IMG/VR virus record: IMGVR_UViG_3300049171_000176 | Span: 1-25,299 of that record | Reading direction: 5' to 3' (one strand) | Length of the DNA: 25,299 nucleotides | Source: a virus | Lineage: Duplodnaviria > Caudoviricetes | In this document: positions 25,072 through 25,299 of the stretch, one piece after another | Position numbering within the stretch: position 1 is the stretch's first letter | How the letters are laid out: each line of letters opens with the position of its first letter | Made by a program: the position numbers and the translations under genes | The notes under the pieces: model-generated | Databases searched by the model: none | What the model was told of the DNA's origin: nothing | Seen by the model: only the letters and a program-made list of their open reading frames with translations

Positions 25072-25299
25072 TCACCCCGCGCGGCCCTGGCGGAACTTCT
25101 CCATGTCCGTGACCGGCGTCTCGGGCTCCTCCGTCTGCGACGACGGCGGCACGAGCGGGTCCTCGCGCGGGATCGAGCGTCCGCCGCGCGCCTGCTTCAC
25201 CGTCAGGCCGAGGGAATCGAGCACCTTGAGGAGCATCCCCGCGGAGACGTTGTCGAACCGGCCATCGATCACGAACCCCGAGTCGGCGAAGCGTGTCGA
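25072..25299 (-). CDS. terS: Terminase small subunit, 5'-truncated by the window edge
   Basis: Frame open to 25299 (STRFADSGFVIDGRFDNVSAGMLLKVLDSLGLT...); LGLT motif; directly upstream of terL. Confidence 0.75.
   Translation of the reverse strand, partial: STRFADSGFVIDGRFDNVSAGMLLKVLDSLGLTVKQARGGRSIPREDPLVPPSSQTEEPETPVTDMEKFRQGRAG

Larger units (their letters stand above)
1..25299. mobile_element. Siphovirus/prophage late region (packaging, head, tail, lysis, accessory end); boundaries not visible in the window
   Basis: Canonical order terminase-portal-protease-capsid-neck-tail-TMP-lysis on the minus strand from 25299 to 2880. Including 1-2879 is an inference. Prophage versus free phage cannot be decided because no integrase or att site is in the window. 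Confidence 0.9.

Overview
High-GC actinobacterial (Microbacteriaceae-like, inferred) siphovirus or prophage late region. Almost everything from 2880 to the right edge is one minus-strand operon. In transcription order: small terminase (partial), large terminase, portal, ClpP-type protease with a nested scaffold, decoration protein, major capsid, a post-capsid protein, head-tail joining genes, major tail (IPT/TIG domain), tail chaperones with a -1 frameshift, tape measure, Dit, hub, two minor tail proteins, an extended lysis cassette (M15 endolysin plus four membrane proteins) and a four-gene putative receptor-binding module after the holin. Facing it on the plus strand is an AT3+SGNH O-acyltransferase bracketed by two related terminator hairpins, a likely surface-modifying moron, preceded by two small orphan ORFs. 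The most striking observation is a 54-aa ORF missing from the ORF track (17505-17669). It overlaps both neighbouring tail-completion genes and is a stand-alone copy of the C-terminal motif of this phage's own tape measure protein. No integrase, att site, RNA gene or CRISPR array is visible. All product calls come from motifs and synteny read by eye, not from database searches.
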